Shown here: positions 33,442 to 43,146 of the stretch, in pieces
How the letters are laid out: each line of letters begins with the position of its first letter
Numbering within the stretch: the first letter of the stretch is position 1
Source: Gemmatimonadales bacterium
GTDB taxonomy: Bacteria; Gemmatimonadota; Gemmatimonadetes; Gemmatimonadales; GWC2-71-9
Reading direction: 5' to 3'
DNA length: 64,000 nt
NCBI GenBank assembly: GCA_041577295.1
Contig: JBFGJG010000001.1
Span: 96,001 to 160,000 of the forward strand
Translations under genes and position numbers: made by a program
Notes under the pieces: model-generated
Database searches by the model: none
What the model was told of the DNA's origin: nothing
What the model saw: the letters and a program-made list of their open reading frames with translations, nothing else

Positions 33442-34229
33442 GCTACGAACATGTGTTGCTCGACCGAACGAGCGGGATCGGCACGGTCACGTTGAACAGG
33501 CCGGACAAACTGAACGCATTCGCCGGCCGGATGCGGCAGGAGGTCGCCGAGGCCGTCCGCGAGATGGCGGGGGACACGGAGGTACGGGTGGTGGTGATTA
33601 CGGGTGCCGGCCGCGCGTTCTGCGCAGGTGCTGACATTGGGTACATGCGGCAGCTGCTCGAGACCCAGGACTACAAGGCGTTCGAATCGCTGGTGGAGGC
33701 CGGTCGCGATGTGGTCACCACCATTCGCTCCACGACCAAGCCGGTGATTGCCAGCGTTAACGGGCCAGCCGCCGGTGGCGGCGCGAACTTAGCGCTGGCC
33801 TGTGATGTTCGGATCGCTTCGGAGCGCGCGTCCATCGGCCAGACGTTCAATCGAATCGGGCTCCACCCGGATTGGGGCGGAACGTACTTTCTGCCGAGGC
33901 TCGTTGGTCCGGCAAAGGCGCTGGAGTTGGTGTTATCGGCAGAGATGGTGGATGCGGCGGAAGCCTATCGTTTGGGCCTGTTCAATCGCGTGGTGCCACA
34001 CGACCAGCTGGTTACCGAAACGACCAACTTCGCGCGGATGCTCGCGGCCAAACCGCCGGTGGCGGTGGCTTTGGCCAAGCAGGCGATCTATCAAAGCGAC
34101 GCAAACGATCTCTCGGCGATGCTCGATATCGAGCTCGACCACCAGCTGCTGTGCTTCAAGACGGATGACGCGGGCGAAGGGCTCGCGGCCTTTCTCGAGA
34201 AACGCGTACCGACCTATCACGGGAGGTAA
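33438..34229 (+). CDS. Crotonase-family isomerase, PaaG-like
   Basis: Lacks the two hydratase Glu (GGGANL, GQTF); GLHPDWGG Asp motif typical of PaaG. Confidence 0.8.
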   Translation: MSYEHVLLDRTSGIGTVTLNRPDKLNAFAGRMRQEVAEAVREMAGDTEVRVVVITGAGRAFCAGADIGYMRQLLETQDYKAFESLVEAGRDVVTTIRSTTKPVIASVNGPAAGGGANLALACDVRIASERASIGQTFNRIGLHPDWGGTYFLPRLVGPAKALELVLSAEMVDAAEAYRLGLFNRVVPHDQLVTETTNFARMLAAKPPVAVALAKQAIYQSDANDLSAMLDIELDHQLLCFKTDDAGEGLAAFLEKRVPTYHGR

Positions 34230-34241
34230 GGGAGGAGCCTA

Positions 34242-35354
34242 ATGCGCAAAGTTCATAACTGGGATGACTGGATCGATTACTTCTATCATTGGCAAGACTC
34301 GATTGGCTTGGACCGTAAGGAGCTCCGGGACTTCAAGTTTGGTGTCCTGTTTGGTGAGCCGGAGGTCGAGGAGATCGAGTTTGGCCACTATAGGGGACAG
34401 CGAAAGTGGCCGACGCTCATGCACATTCCGGATCAGCGGATTCGGGATGCCCTCATGAACTTGATCGTCTACCAGGGCGATACCGAGTTCGCTTCGGTCG
34501 AGCAGCAGCGCAACCTGTTGGTGAATCCGCCGTCGTCCTACGATCTGCTCTCCATCATGCGCGTCATGTCAGAAGAAATGCGGCACGGGTGGCAGATGTC
34601 GTACTTACTGTGCGAGCACTTTGGTGACGAGGGGCGGCGGGAGGCGCAAAAGCTGTTGGAACGACGCGCCGAGGAAGGTGAGCGACTCCTTGGAAGCTTC
34701 AACGAGATCGTCGATAACTGGCTCGACTTCTTTACCTATACGCAGTTCATCGACCGCGACGGCAAGTTTCAGCTGAAGATGCTGAGCGTGTCGTCGTTCG
34801 ATCCGCTGGCGCGATCCATGGGTCCGATGCTCAAGGAGGAGAGTTATCATCTGGGCACCGGGAACAACGGGCTGTTGCGCATCATCAAGGCAGGGCGCAT
34901 CCCACCTGAGACGATACAGCGCTTCTTCAACAAGTGGGTTCCCACGGCCTTCGATCTCTTTGGCACGGACAACTCGTCTTCGGCACACTGGGCGTACGTA
35001 TGGGGACTCAAGGGCCGGTTCGACGAGCGGGATAATGAGCGGCCGGCGGACCAGGCACGACTCAACGAGCACGCGAGGATACTCTACCGGCAAGAGTGCG
35101 AGCGCTTGGTGGAGCGATTGAACAAGTACATTCCGCAGCAGGAGCGTTGGCTGAAGCTCCCTGATCTCAAGTTCAATCGTCGAATCGGGCAGTGGGCCCA
35201 TCAGTGCTACGACGTGGATGGCAATGAGGTGAGCGCCGAACGCTACCCCAAGTACCTCGAGTCCGTGCTCCCCTCGCAAGAGGACTATGCGTTCCTCGTT
35301 AGCCTCATGAAGGATGGGGACTGGATCGAAACGCGAGCGGTCGCGACGAATTGA
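34242..35354 (+). CDS. BoxB-like di-iron aromatic-CoA epoxidase
   Basis: QGDTEFASVEQQR, EEMRH, DRDGKFQL, SFDPLAR, EESYH; BoxB-type iron-ligand motifs, 370 aa. Confidence 0.85.
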   Translation: MRKVHNWDDWIDYFYHWQDSIGLDRKELRDFKFGVLFGEPEVEEIEFGHYRGQRKWPTLMHIPDQRIRDALMNLIVYQGDTEFASVEQQRNLLVNPPSSYDLLSIMRVMSEEMRHGWQMSYLLCEHFGDEGRREAQKLLERRAEEGERLLGSFNEIVDNWLDFFTYTQFIDRDGKFQLKMLSVSSFDPLARSMGPMLKEESYHLGTGNNGLLRIIKAGRIPPETIQRFFNKWVPTAFDLFGTDNSSSAHWAYVWGLKGRFDERDNERPADQARLNEHARILYRQECERLVERLNKYIPQQERWLKLPDLKFNRRIGQWAHQCYDVDGNEVSAERYPKYLESVLPSQEDYAFLVSLMKDGDWIETRAVATN

Positions 35355-36028
35355 CTCTGGTCATCGCGCATCGCGGGGCCTCTGCGTACGAACCCGAAAA
35401 CTCTCTCGCCGCCTTCCGGGCGGCGAGAGACATGGGCGCCGATGGCGTCGAACTGGATGTCCAGACGACGGCAGACGGCGCCTTCGTTATCTATCACGAC
35501 CCGCACATCGGCTCCTGCAGCATTCCGCACTCCTCATTTCACCGGGTCAGGTCCTACCGGCTCCCCAACGGCGAACCCCTGCCAAGCCTCGAAGAATCCC
35601 TCGCAATCCTCGGGAGCGGGCTCACGGTGTATGTGGAGGTCAAAACACTCCCGCCGGAGCGGGACCAGGACTTCTTCCGCGCGCTGTCGGCAGGCCCCGC
35701 TCCGGAACGATGTCACATCCATGCGTTTGACCACCGGATCGTGAAGCGTCTGCGCGAGCACCAACCAGATCGCGTGTATGGGGCCCTGTCGTCATCGTAC
35801 CCGGTAGAGCCGCTTCAGCAGCTGAGGGACGCAGGGGCCACTGAGCTCTGGCAAGGAGAAGACCTCATCGATCGCGACCTCGTCGAACGCGTCCACGAGG
35901 CGGGCGCGCGCGTTTATGCGTGGACGGTGGACTCCGTACCGCGCATGCACGAACTGATCGATTTCGGCACCGACGGACTGTGCACCAACACGCCGGATGT
36001 CGCCCGTCTCGTGGTGGAGCGGCGATGA
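35351..36028 (+). CDS. Glycerophosphodiester phosphodiesterase family
   Basis: IAHRGAS, PENSLAAF, ELDVQ, WTVD. Confidence 0.9.
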   Translation: MTLVIAHRGASAYEPENSLAAFRAARDMGADGVELDVQTTADGAFVIYHDPHIGSCSIPHSSFHRVRSYRLPNGEPLPSLEESLAILGSGLTVYVEVKTLPPERDQDFFRALSAGPAPERCHIHAFDHRIVKRLREHQPDRVYGALSSSYPVEPLQQLRDAGATELWQGEDLIDRDLVERVHEAGARVYAWTVDSVPRMHELIDFGTDGLCTNTPDVARLVVERR

Positions 36029-36894
36029 GCGACATCCGACGCGTGGGAGTCGTTGGCGCCGGAACGATGGGACACGGCATCGCGCACGTCTGTGCACTCG
36101 CGGGCTTTGAGACCCGAGTAATCGACGCGCGAGCCGATGCCCTCGACGCGGCGATGGAGAAGGTGCGGCGCAACCTCGAAGGCGGTGTCCAGCGCGGCAA
36201 GCTCTCTCAGGAGCAAGCCGACGACGCAGTGAAACGGCTGAGCACCACGCGCCGACTCGAGGACGCCGTCGAGGGGGCAGATCTCGTCATCGAAGCCATC
36301 GTCGAGGACCTCGAGGTCAAACGAGAGCTCTTTCGCCAGCTCGACGCGCTCGTATCCGAGCAGTGCATTCTGGCCACGAATACCTCGGCTCTATCGGTGT
36401 CCACGATCGCCGAGGCGAGCGCGCACCCTGCGCGCGTCCTCGGGATGCATTTCTTCAATCCTGTGCATATCATGAAGCTCATCGAGCTCGTGGTCGCGGA
36501 CCGGACCGCCGAATCCACGCTCGCTACCGCCCGCGTCGCCGCCACGAAGATGGGGAAGGAACCGATCGTAGTTCGCGACACGCCAGGATTCGCCTCTTCG
36601 CGGCTCGGGGTGGTCCTCGGGCTGGAAGCCATGCGCATGGTCGAGCAGGGTGTGGCCAGTCCGGAGGACATCGACAAAGCGATGGAATTGGGCTACGGGC
36701 ATCCCATGGGTCCTCTCAAGGTGAGCGATCTAGTGGGGCTCGACGTCCGCATGGCGATTGCCCAACACCTCCATCGCGAGCTCGAGGATCCGCACTATGC
36801 GCCGCCGAGCGTCCTCGCCCGGAAGGTCGCAGCAGGTGAACTGGGAAAGAAAACCGGTAAGGGGTTCTACGAATGGCCCAACAAAGCGTCCTGA
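36025..36894 (+). CDS. 3-hydroxyacyl-CoA dehydrogenase (PaaH-like)
   Basis: GAGTMGHGIA, ATNTSAL, GMHFFNP, HPMGP, GKKTGKGFY. Confidence 0.93.
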   Translation: MSDIRRVGVVGAGTMGHGIAHVCALAGFETRVIDARADALDAAMEKVRRNLEGGVQRGKLSQEQADDAVKRLSTTRRLEDAVEGADLVIEAIVEDLEVKRELFRQLDALVSEQCILATNTSALSVSTIAEASAHPARVLGMHFFNPVHIMKLIELVVADRTAESTLATARVAATKMGKEPIVVRDTPGFASSRLGVVLGLEAMRMVEQGVASPEDIDKAMELGYGHPMGPLKVSDLVGLDVRMAIAQHLHRELEDPHYAPPSVLARKVAAGELGKKTGKGFYEWPNKAS

Positions 36895-37652
36895 CAGCCA
36901 TCGACGGCCGAGTGGCCACCGTGACGATCAATCGGCCTGACAAGCTCAACGCGCTGAACACGGCGGTGCGGCGGGAGTTCGTAGCCGCATTGAAGGAACT
37001 CGCAGCGAACGACGACGTGCGTGTGGTCGTCGTGACGGGAGCGGGTGAAAAGGCCTTCGTGGCCGGGGCCGACATCGCGGAGTTCGAGGGTCGAACCCCG
37101 GTTGAGCAGTTCCGCGTGATGAAGGGGTTCGGACTGGTTGAAGCGGTCGATGCCTTCCCAAAACCCGTGATCGCCGCGATCAACGGCTTCTGTCTGGGTG
37201 GTGGGTGCGAGCTCGCGCTGGCGTGCGACATCCGCATTGCGTCCGCAAAGGCGAGGCTAGGCCAACCCGAGGTCAACCTCGGAATCCTCCCGGGCGCAGG
37301 TGGCACGCAGCGGCTTCCCCGGCTCGTGGGGCTCGGCACTGCCTACAAGCTGCTGTACACAGGCGAGATGGTGGGTGCCGAGGAAGCCTTGCGAATCGGC
37401 CTGGTCGATGAGGTCGTACCGCCGGACCAGCTGATGACGCGGGTTCGTGAGTTGGCTGGTACGATCGCAGACAAGAGCCCCGTGGCGTTGCAGCTCATTA
37501 AGGAAGCGGTACGTGCGAGTGTGCGTCAGCCCTTGGACGAGGGGCTCCGCTTGGAGACCTCGCTTTTCGGCCTGGCCTTCTCATCCGAGGATAAAAAGGA
37601 AGGTGTGAGCGCCTTCCTGGCAAAGCGAAAAGCCGAGTTCACCGGAAAATGA
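36873..37652 (+). CDS. Enoyl-CoA hydratase (PaaF-like)
   Basis: FVAGAD, GGGCELA, GQPEVNLG. Confidence 0.92.
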   Translation: MAQQSVLTAIDGRVATVTINRPDKLNALNTAVRREFVAALKELAANDDVRVVVVTGAGEKAFVAGADIAEFEGRTPVEQFRVMKGFGLVEAVDAFPKPVIAAINGFCLGGGCELALACDIRIASAKARLGQPEVNLGILPGAGGTQRLPRLVGLGTAYKLLYTGEMVGAEEALRIGLVDEVVPPDQLMTRVRELAGTIADKSPVALQLIKEAVRASVRQPLDEGLRLETSLFGLAFSSEDKKEGVSAFLAKRKAEFTGK

Positions 37653-38515
37653 GCGCCGCCGCCCCCGGCGTCAGCGATCTTCACATCCACATCCAGCCCT
37701 GGCGGCAACTCAAGCCCGAAGCTGCGCGCGTCATGCGTCTTGGCAAAGAGGAGCACTGGGAGCGTCTCTTCGCGCTGATGGACGACCCCAAGGCGCTGCT
37801 GGAAGTCATGGACGATCGCGGTATTTGGCGGGTGGGACTCGTGAACTATCCGAGCCCCGACGTCATCGGATTCGACGATTCGACCAACCAATTTTCTGCG
37901 AAGTACGCCAGCGCCGCTCCCGGCCGGCTGCTACCCTTCGGCGGGGTGCACCCGCGGTTCACCAAAGATCCCGAGGGTCAGGTCGAGGATCTTCTCCAGC
38001 TGGGTATCCGTTGCGTCAAAATCCATCCACCTCATCAGCTGTTCCCCGCCAACGCGTACACCATGGGACTCGAGGAGTTGGGACGCATTTATCGGCGATG
38101 TGAATCGCGAGGCATGCCCGTGATGATTCACACGGGGACGAGCATCTTTCCCGGCGCGAGGAGCAAATACGGTCGACCGATGGAAATCGACGATGTGGCG
38201 ATCGACTTCCCCGATCTCACCATCCTCATGGCGCATGGCGGGCGGCCCCTGTGGATGGACGAGGCGTTTTTCATTCTTCGACGTCACCGCAACGTCTTCC
38301 TCGAGCTGTCCGGCATTCCACCCAAGAAGCTGCTGGAGTACTTCCCGCGACTCGAAGAGATTGGCGATCGCGTCGTCTGGGGAACCGATTGGCCCAGCCC
38401 CGGGGTGAAAGATCTGCGTGGCAACCTCGAGCAATTTCTGGCCCTGCCCCTCCCGGAAGCGTTGAAGACGAGCGTCACGCGCACGAAGCCACTCGAGCTG
38501 TTCCCGCAGCGATAG
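37649..38515 (+). CDS. Amidohydrolase family (TIM-barrel) protein
   Basis: DLHIH, KIHP, IHTG, MAHGG, WGTDWP. Confidence 0.9.
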   Translation: MSAAAPGVSDLHIHIQPWRQLKPEAARVMRLGKEEHWERLFALMDDPKALLEVMDDRGIWRVGLVNYPSPDVIGFDDSTNQFSAKYASAAPGRLLPFGGVHPRFTKDPEGQVEDLLQLGIRCVKIHPPHQLFPANAYTMGLEELGRIYRRCESRGMPVMIHTGTSIFPGARSKYGRPMEIDDVAIDFPDLTILMAHGGRPLWMDEAFFILRRHRNVFLELSGIPPKKLLEYFPRLEEIGDRVVWGTDWPSPGVKDLRGNLEQFLALPLPEALKTSVTRTKPLELFPQR

Positions 38516-39943
38516 ATGTCGCGCATTGCGCTGCTCCTAGGACCCCTCGCGTTTGCGAGCACACTCATCGCGTCGCCGCCCTCCGGGCTGCCCGAGGTCG
38601 GGTGGCGCGTAGCGGGGCTCGCCACCTGGATGGCCATCTGGTGGATCACTGCGGTGGTACCACTCGAGGCCACTGCCCTCCTCCCGATCGTGGCGCTGCC
38701 CGTCTTCGGTGGCGGATCGGTCGGTAGCGTTACTGCGTCCTACGCTGACCCCATCATCTTTCTGTTCCTCGGAGGGTTTTTCCTCGCGGCCACGCTCGAG
38801 CGCTGGGATTTACACAAGCGGTTCGCGCTGACGACCGTGCGGGCCGTCGGGACGGATGCGCCCCGGGTGGTCCTCGCGTTCATGTTGGCATCGGCGGCGT
38901 GCAGCATGTGGATCTCGAACACGGCGACGGCGCTCATGATGCTGCCCATTGCGACCGCGGTCATCGCGGGATCGAAGACCGCGAGCAAGGACGAGCACGC
39001 CGGATTCCCCACGGCACTCATGCTGAGTGTTGCGTACGGGTGCTCGATTGGTGGCGTTGCGACGTTAATCGGCACGCCACCCAACGCCATCATGGCGGGG
39101 GCCGTGCGCGAGCTGCTGGGGCAAGAGATCAGCTTCGTGGGTTGGCTCGGTATCGGTCTGCTGGTGACCCTACCCATGCTCGTTGTGTGCTGGGTGCTTC
39201 TCGTGCGACTGTTCGCAGTGCGTGGCGCCGTGCCCGGGCTTGCCGACACCGTGACTCGCGAGCATCGCGCGCTGGGAGCGTTGTCCGGGAGTGAACGGTT
39301 CGTGCTCACGGTGTTTGCGCTGACAGCGGCCGCGTGGATACTCCGGGTTCCCAAATCGATTGGCCCGATCAGGATTCCCGGTCTCGAGGATGTGCTACCC
39401 GGCATCTCCGACCCGGCCATTGCCATCGCCGCCGCGCTCGTGTTGTTTGTGACCCCACTCGGCAAAGGTGGATCGGTGGTGGCGCTCGATTGGGAATCTG
39501 CGCGCAATGTTCCTTGGGGCATCCTCTTGCTCTTTGGTGGCGGACTCGCTCTGGCCGCCGCCTTCGAGCGCTCTGGCCTGACCGAGTGGATTGGGACGAT
39601 GCTGCAGGGCCTGGCCGGCGCCCCACTGGTAGTCGTCGTCCTCGCGACAACGGCGTTGTTCGTCATGCTGACGGAGCTCACCAGCAACGCCGCAACGACG
39701 GCGCTCGGCATGCCCCTGATGGCTGGTGTCGCAGCCGGTCTCGGTCTTCCGGCACTGCCACTGATGGTCGCCGCGGCCATGGCCGCGTCAATGGCGTTCA
39801 TGCTCCCGGTCGCCACACCTCCCAATGCTATCGTGTTTGGCTCGGGAGCCATCTCGACAAAATCGATGGCGCGAGCGGGCGCCGGTCTCAACGTGGTCGC
39901 CATCGCTATCATTACGCTCGTCGTCTGGTTGCGGGTCTCATGA
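38516..39943 (+). CDS. DASS/SLC13 sodium-coupled (di)carboxylate transporter
   Basis: SMWISNTAT, IGTPPNA, TELTSN, PVATPPNA. Confidence 0.93.
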   Translation: MSRIALLLGPLAFASTLIASPPSGLPEVGWRVAGLATWMAIWWITAVVPLEATALLPIVALPVFGGGSVGSVTASYADPIIFLFLGGFFLAATLERWDLHKRFALTTVRAVGTDAPRVVLAFMLASAACSMWISNTATALMMLPIATAVIAGSKTASKDEHAGFPTALMLSVAYGCSIGGVATLIGTPPNAIMAGAVRELLGQEISFVGWLGIGLLVTLPMLVVCWVLLVRLFAVRGAVPGLADTVTREHRALGALSGSERFVLTVFALTAAAWILRVPKSIGPIRIPGLEDVLPGISDPAIAIAAALVLFVTPLGKGGSVVALDWESARNVPWGILLLFGGGLALAAAFERSGLTEWIGTMLQGLAGAPLVVVVLATTALFVMLTELTSNAATTALGMPLMAGVAAGLGLPALPLMVAAAMAASMAFMLPVATPPNAIVFGSGAISTKSMARAGAGLNVVAIAIITLVVWLRVS

Positions 39944-40320
39944 TGACGCCCGACCGCCTGTTCGCAGCACTCGGGGCCGTCTCGGGACTCTTGGCCGTCG
40001 CGGGCGGTGCCTTCGGGGCACATGCGTTGCGTGCTCGGCTGACTCCGGAACTCCTCACGATCTTCGAAACGGGAGTGCGGTATCACATGTACCACGCAAT
40101 CGCCTTGTTTGCGGTCGCGTGGGCGAGTGCGCGCTGGGGTGGTGCGCTGTTCGTGGCCACCGGATGGCTGTTCGTGGTAGGGACGGTGATCTTTTCCGGA
40201 AGCCTCTACACGTTGAGCCTCTCCGGTGCCAGGCTCTGGGGCGCCGTCACACCGATTGGCGGCCTCTGTTTCCTGGCCGGCTGGGGATGCCTGATATGGG
40301 GGATCGTCACGGCCCGATGA
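39940..40320 (+). CDS. DUF423 membrane protein
   Basis: GAFGAH, FETGVRYHMYH, FSGSLY, TPIGG. Confidence 0.92.
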   Translation: MMTPDRLFAALGAVSGLLAVAGGAFGAHALRARLTPELLTIFETGVRYHMYHAIALFAVAWASARWGGALFVATGWLFVVGTVIFSGSLYTLSLSGARLWGAVTPIGGLCFLAGWGCLIWGIVTAR

Positions 40321-40988
40321 CGCTAACCAGGTCACGCCACTCGACCTCGCGCAACGAGCGCCTCGATCGATTTACCGTCCGCGAGCGGGAGATCATCGCA
40401 CGGTACCGCACGCCTCGCGCCGTCCAGCGATGGATTCGTTCGCTCCCCTACAATTGGCAGCGACGTGGCCCTACGGTACACTCGTTCCGCGGGGTCGTCC
40501 GCTACGGCACGGCACACTGTCTCGAGGCGGCACTCGCCGCGGCGACCATACTCGAATGCCATGGCTATCCGCCGCTGGTACTGGACCTGGAGTCGCAGGA
40601 CCTGCTGGACCACGTGGTGTTCGTGTTCCGGCACCGAAGGCGGTGGGGAGCCGTGGCGGGGTCGCGCGATGTCGGACTTGCGGGACGCAAGCCGGTCTTC
40701 CGATCGCTTCGCGCGCTGGCGATGAGTTACTATGAACCGTACATCGATCAGAAGGCGCGCGTTACCGGGTTTGGCCTCGCTGACTTGCGAGATCTTGATC
40801 CGTATGACTGGCGACTGTCCACGCGAAATGTCTGGAAAGTCGAGCGATACCTGATTGCACTACCGCACAGAGAGCTCGATACGAGCGATCGACGGTACCG
40901 CCAGCTGAGGCGGCGCTACCAGGAGTTCGCCAAAGTCCGCGATCCTCACGACACGCCATTCACGCGCGGTCGCCATCACTGGATGTAG
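40317..40988 (+). CDS. Hypothetical protein, possible transglutaminase/papain-like fold
   Basis: AHCLEAAL...DHVVFVF...WGAV; coupled to the DUF423 stop. Confidence 0.7.
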   Translation: MTLTRSRHSTSRNERLDRFTVREREIIARYRTPRAVQRWIRSLPYNWQRRGPTVHSFRGVVRYGTAHCLEAALAAATILECHGYPPLVLDLESQDLLDHVVFVFRHRRRWGAVAGSRDVGLAGRKPVFRSLRALAMSYYEPYIDQKARVTGFGLADLRDLDPYDWRLSTRNVWKVERYLIALPHRELDTSDRRYRQLRRRYQEFAKVRDPHDTPFTRGRHHWM

Positions 40989-40990
40989 AC

Positions 40991-41842
40991 ATGACCAACA
41001 CCATCGCGTACTGCAACGGACGTTTTCTGCCTCCGGAGGAGATCCGGATTTCGCCCGACGACCGCGGGTTTCTCTTTGGTGATGGGGTCTATGAGGTGAT
41101 CAGGAGCTACGGTGGACGCCTCTTCGCGCTGCAACCACACCTGGCACGGATGGCAGATGGCCTCCGCGCACTCCGCATTGACGACGTGGACGTCAATCGA
41201 GTCGGCACCGTGGCCGAACAGCTCCTCGCCAAGAACGGCGCCGACCGCGAGGCCCTCGTTTACATCCAGGTGACCAGGGGCGCAGCGCCGCGAATGCATG
41301 CATTCCCTGCTGACACGACACCGACGGTCTTCGCCCGGGTCATGCCGTTTGTTCCCAAGGGGGACCCCAGAACCGGAGTGTCGGTGATCACCGTTCCGGA
41401 GCTTCGCTGGGCGCGGTGCGATATCAAGTCGATCGCGCTCCTACCGAACTGCCTCGCGAATCAGCGCGCGAGGGACGCGGGGGCACAAGAGGCGATATTC
41501 GTCCGAGACGGCGTGGCCATCGAGGGAACCGCGACGACGTTCTTTGCGGTACTGGACGGTAAGGTACGGACGGCTCCGGAGTCCAACTACATCCTGCCCG
41601 GGGTGACGCGCCGAATTGTCTTGAAGCTGTGTGTCGAATTGGGGATCCCGTCGGCCGAAAAGCCGATATTCGTCGAGGAACTCGGCAGAGTTCAAGAGTT
41701 GTTTCTCGCGGGAACCACGGTGGAAGTCATGCCTATTGTGCAAATCGATGGTCGCGCGGTCGGCGAAGGATCGCCTGGACCCATTGCACGGCGACTCCTG
41801 GAAGCGTTTCGATCTCGCACCATGACCCCGACGCCGCTGTAA
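40991..41842 (+). CDS. dat: PLP fold-type IV aminotransferase, D-amino acid transaminase-like
   Basis: DRGFLFGDGVYEV, QVTRG, RCDIKSI, ILPGVTR. Confidence 0.85.
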   Translation: MTNTIAYCNGRFLPPEEIRISPDDRGFLFGDGVYEVIRSYGGRLFALQPHLARMADGLRALRIDDVDVNRVGTVAEQLLAKNGADREALVYIQVTRGAAPRMHAFPADTTPTVFARVMPFVPKGDPRTGVSVITVPELRWARCDIKSIALLPNCLANQRARDAGAQEAIFVRDGVAIEGTATTFFAVLDGKVRTAPESNYILPGVTRRIVLKLCVELGIPSAEKPIFVEELGRVQELFLAGTTVEVMPIVQIDGRAVGEGSPGPIARRLLEAFRSRTMTPTPL

Positions 41843-41872
41843 CACCAGCGGCCACGGGCCGTAGAGTTATCG

Positions 41873-42376
41873 ATGGCGACCAGCGAACGGTGCGAACGGT
41901 GCGGCGCAGACCTGGATTATCTGCGACATCCTGTTCGGCGGCTGAGTTGGACGCGCTACTGGTGGCAGGGCATCAGGAGCTACTTCACCGGTCAATTGCG
42001 CATCTGCACCCGCTGTGGGGCGATGTACACGGGCGCTGGTGAGCTGTTGGCCGCCGGCGCGGTCGAAACCGACGCCGAGCGCCGTCTCAACACGTATCGC
42101 AAGGACATGGCTGCTCTACGCGATGGGTTCGCCGCCGTGGTAATCGCGGCCGAGTTGGCGGTGGTATGGTTGGCTGGGGGTACCGAGGTGTTCGAGCTCT
42201 CGAAGGTGCTATTGGCCGGGGGGGTTGGGTTGGGGGCGCTTGGTCCGTTCGCATTCTTTGCCAGAAAAGCCCAGTTAGCCAAACGGGACCTCAAGCGTCT
42301 CCGCACCGCGCGTCGCAGCGGGGCCATTCCAGCGTTCGCCGCTTCGCCGGAGGGGGAAAAAACAACGGGAGCGTGA
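41873..42376 (+). CDS. Hypothetical zinc-ribbon membrane protein
   Basis: CERC...CTRC, two TM helices. Confidence 0.7.
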   Translation: MATSERCERCGADLDYLRHPVRRLSWTRYWWQGIRSYFTGQLRICTRCGAMYTGAGELLAAGAVETDAERRLNTYRKDMAALRDGFAAVVIAAELAVVWLAGGTEVFELSKVLLAGGVGLGALGPFAFFARKAQLAKRDLKRLRTARRSGAIPAFAASPEGEKTTGA

Positions 42377-42398
42377 ACACACGCTCCCGTTTCTTCTT
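42364..42398. terminator. Bidirectional intrinsic terminator
   Basis: AACGGGAGCGTG-aaca-CACGCTCCCGTT flanked by A- and T-rich tracts, between convergent genes. Confidence 0.75.
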
Positions 42399-42420
42399 GC
42401 GCTCTCGGAACAACGATGGC

Positions 42421-42687
42421 TCAGGAAGCTGCCGCCAGCGGGTAGACGCTCACCTGAAGCCGCTTCTTGTCCTTGGGCTCGAACTTCACGGTCCCATCGA
42501 TCAGCGCGAAGAGGGTGTCGTCCTTCGCACGCTTCACGTTTCTTCCCGGATGAAACTTCGTCCCGCGTTGGCGAACCAGGATGTTGCCAGCGCGCACCTG
42601 CTCCCCGCCATATCGCTTTACGCCGAGGAACTTGGGCTTGGAGTCACGACCGTTGCGGCTCGAACCTACGCCCTTCTTATGTGCCAT
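42421..42687 (-). CDS. rpmA: 50S ribosomal protein L27
   Basis: [27 protein letters not shown]. Confidence 0.98.
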   Translation of the reverse strand: MAHKKGVGSSRNGRDSKPKFLGVKRYGGEQVRAGNILVRQRGTKFHPGRNVKRAKDDTLFALIDGTVKFEPKDKKRLQVSVYPLAAAS

Positions 42688-42696
42688 GGTACGTGC

Positions 42697-43014
42697 CTAC
42701 CCGAGCTTGAGGTCGGTGATCTTCACTTCGGTGAACGCCTGACGATGCCCCGTCTTGCGCCGATAGTTCTTGCGACGCTTGAAACGAAATACGACGAGCT
42801 TCCTGTCGCGGCCGTGCCGGACGATCTCCCCAACCACCTTGGCGCCTTTCACCGATGGCTGCCCAGCCTTTACGCTCTCTCCGTCACTCGTGAGGAGCAC
42901 GTCGTCAAAGGTGACCTTGGTGCCAGGATCCCCCTCCATCCGAGGGATCCGGAGAAAGTCGCCCTTCTCGGCTCGAAATTGCTGCCCGGCCGCCCGAATG
43001 ATTGCGTATGTCAT
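42697..43014 (-). CDS. rplU: 50S ribosomal protein L21
   Basis: YAII...[19 protein letters not shown]. Confidence 0.97.
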   Translation of the reverse strand: MTYAIIRAAGQQFRAEKGDFLRIPRMEGDPGTKVTFDDVLLTSDGESVKAGQPSVKGAKVVGEIVRHGRDRKLVVFRFKRRKNYRRKTGHRQAFTEVKITDLKLG

Positions 43015-43022
43015 AGGCTGTA

Positions 43023-43051
43023 AGGCTAACCGCAGCAAGGAATTCGGTCAA
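43023..43051 (-). promoter_or_regulatory. Sigma70 promoter of rplU-rpmA (near-leaderless)
   Basis: TTGACC-N17-TAGCCT, 8 nt before ATG. Confidence 0.65.
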
Positions 43052-43146
43052 GGGTTCGAACGTCGTGAGGAGTGGGGCGGCCAACGGCCCCTCACTCCTC
43101 AGAATTTACGATGGCGCGACGGTGTTTGGGCGGCTCGGCCTGTCGT

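Noticed and set aside
38740..40335. 531-aa minus-strand ORF and many other long alternative-frame ORFs (e.g. 49918-51462, 23673-24983, 1959-3164)
   Set aside because: They are antisense or off-frame shadows of well-supported genes in high-GC DNA and show no motifs.
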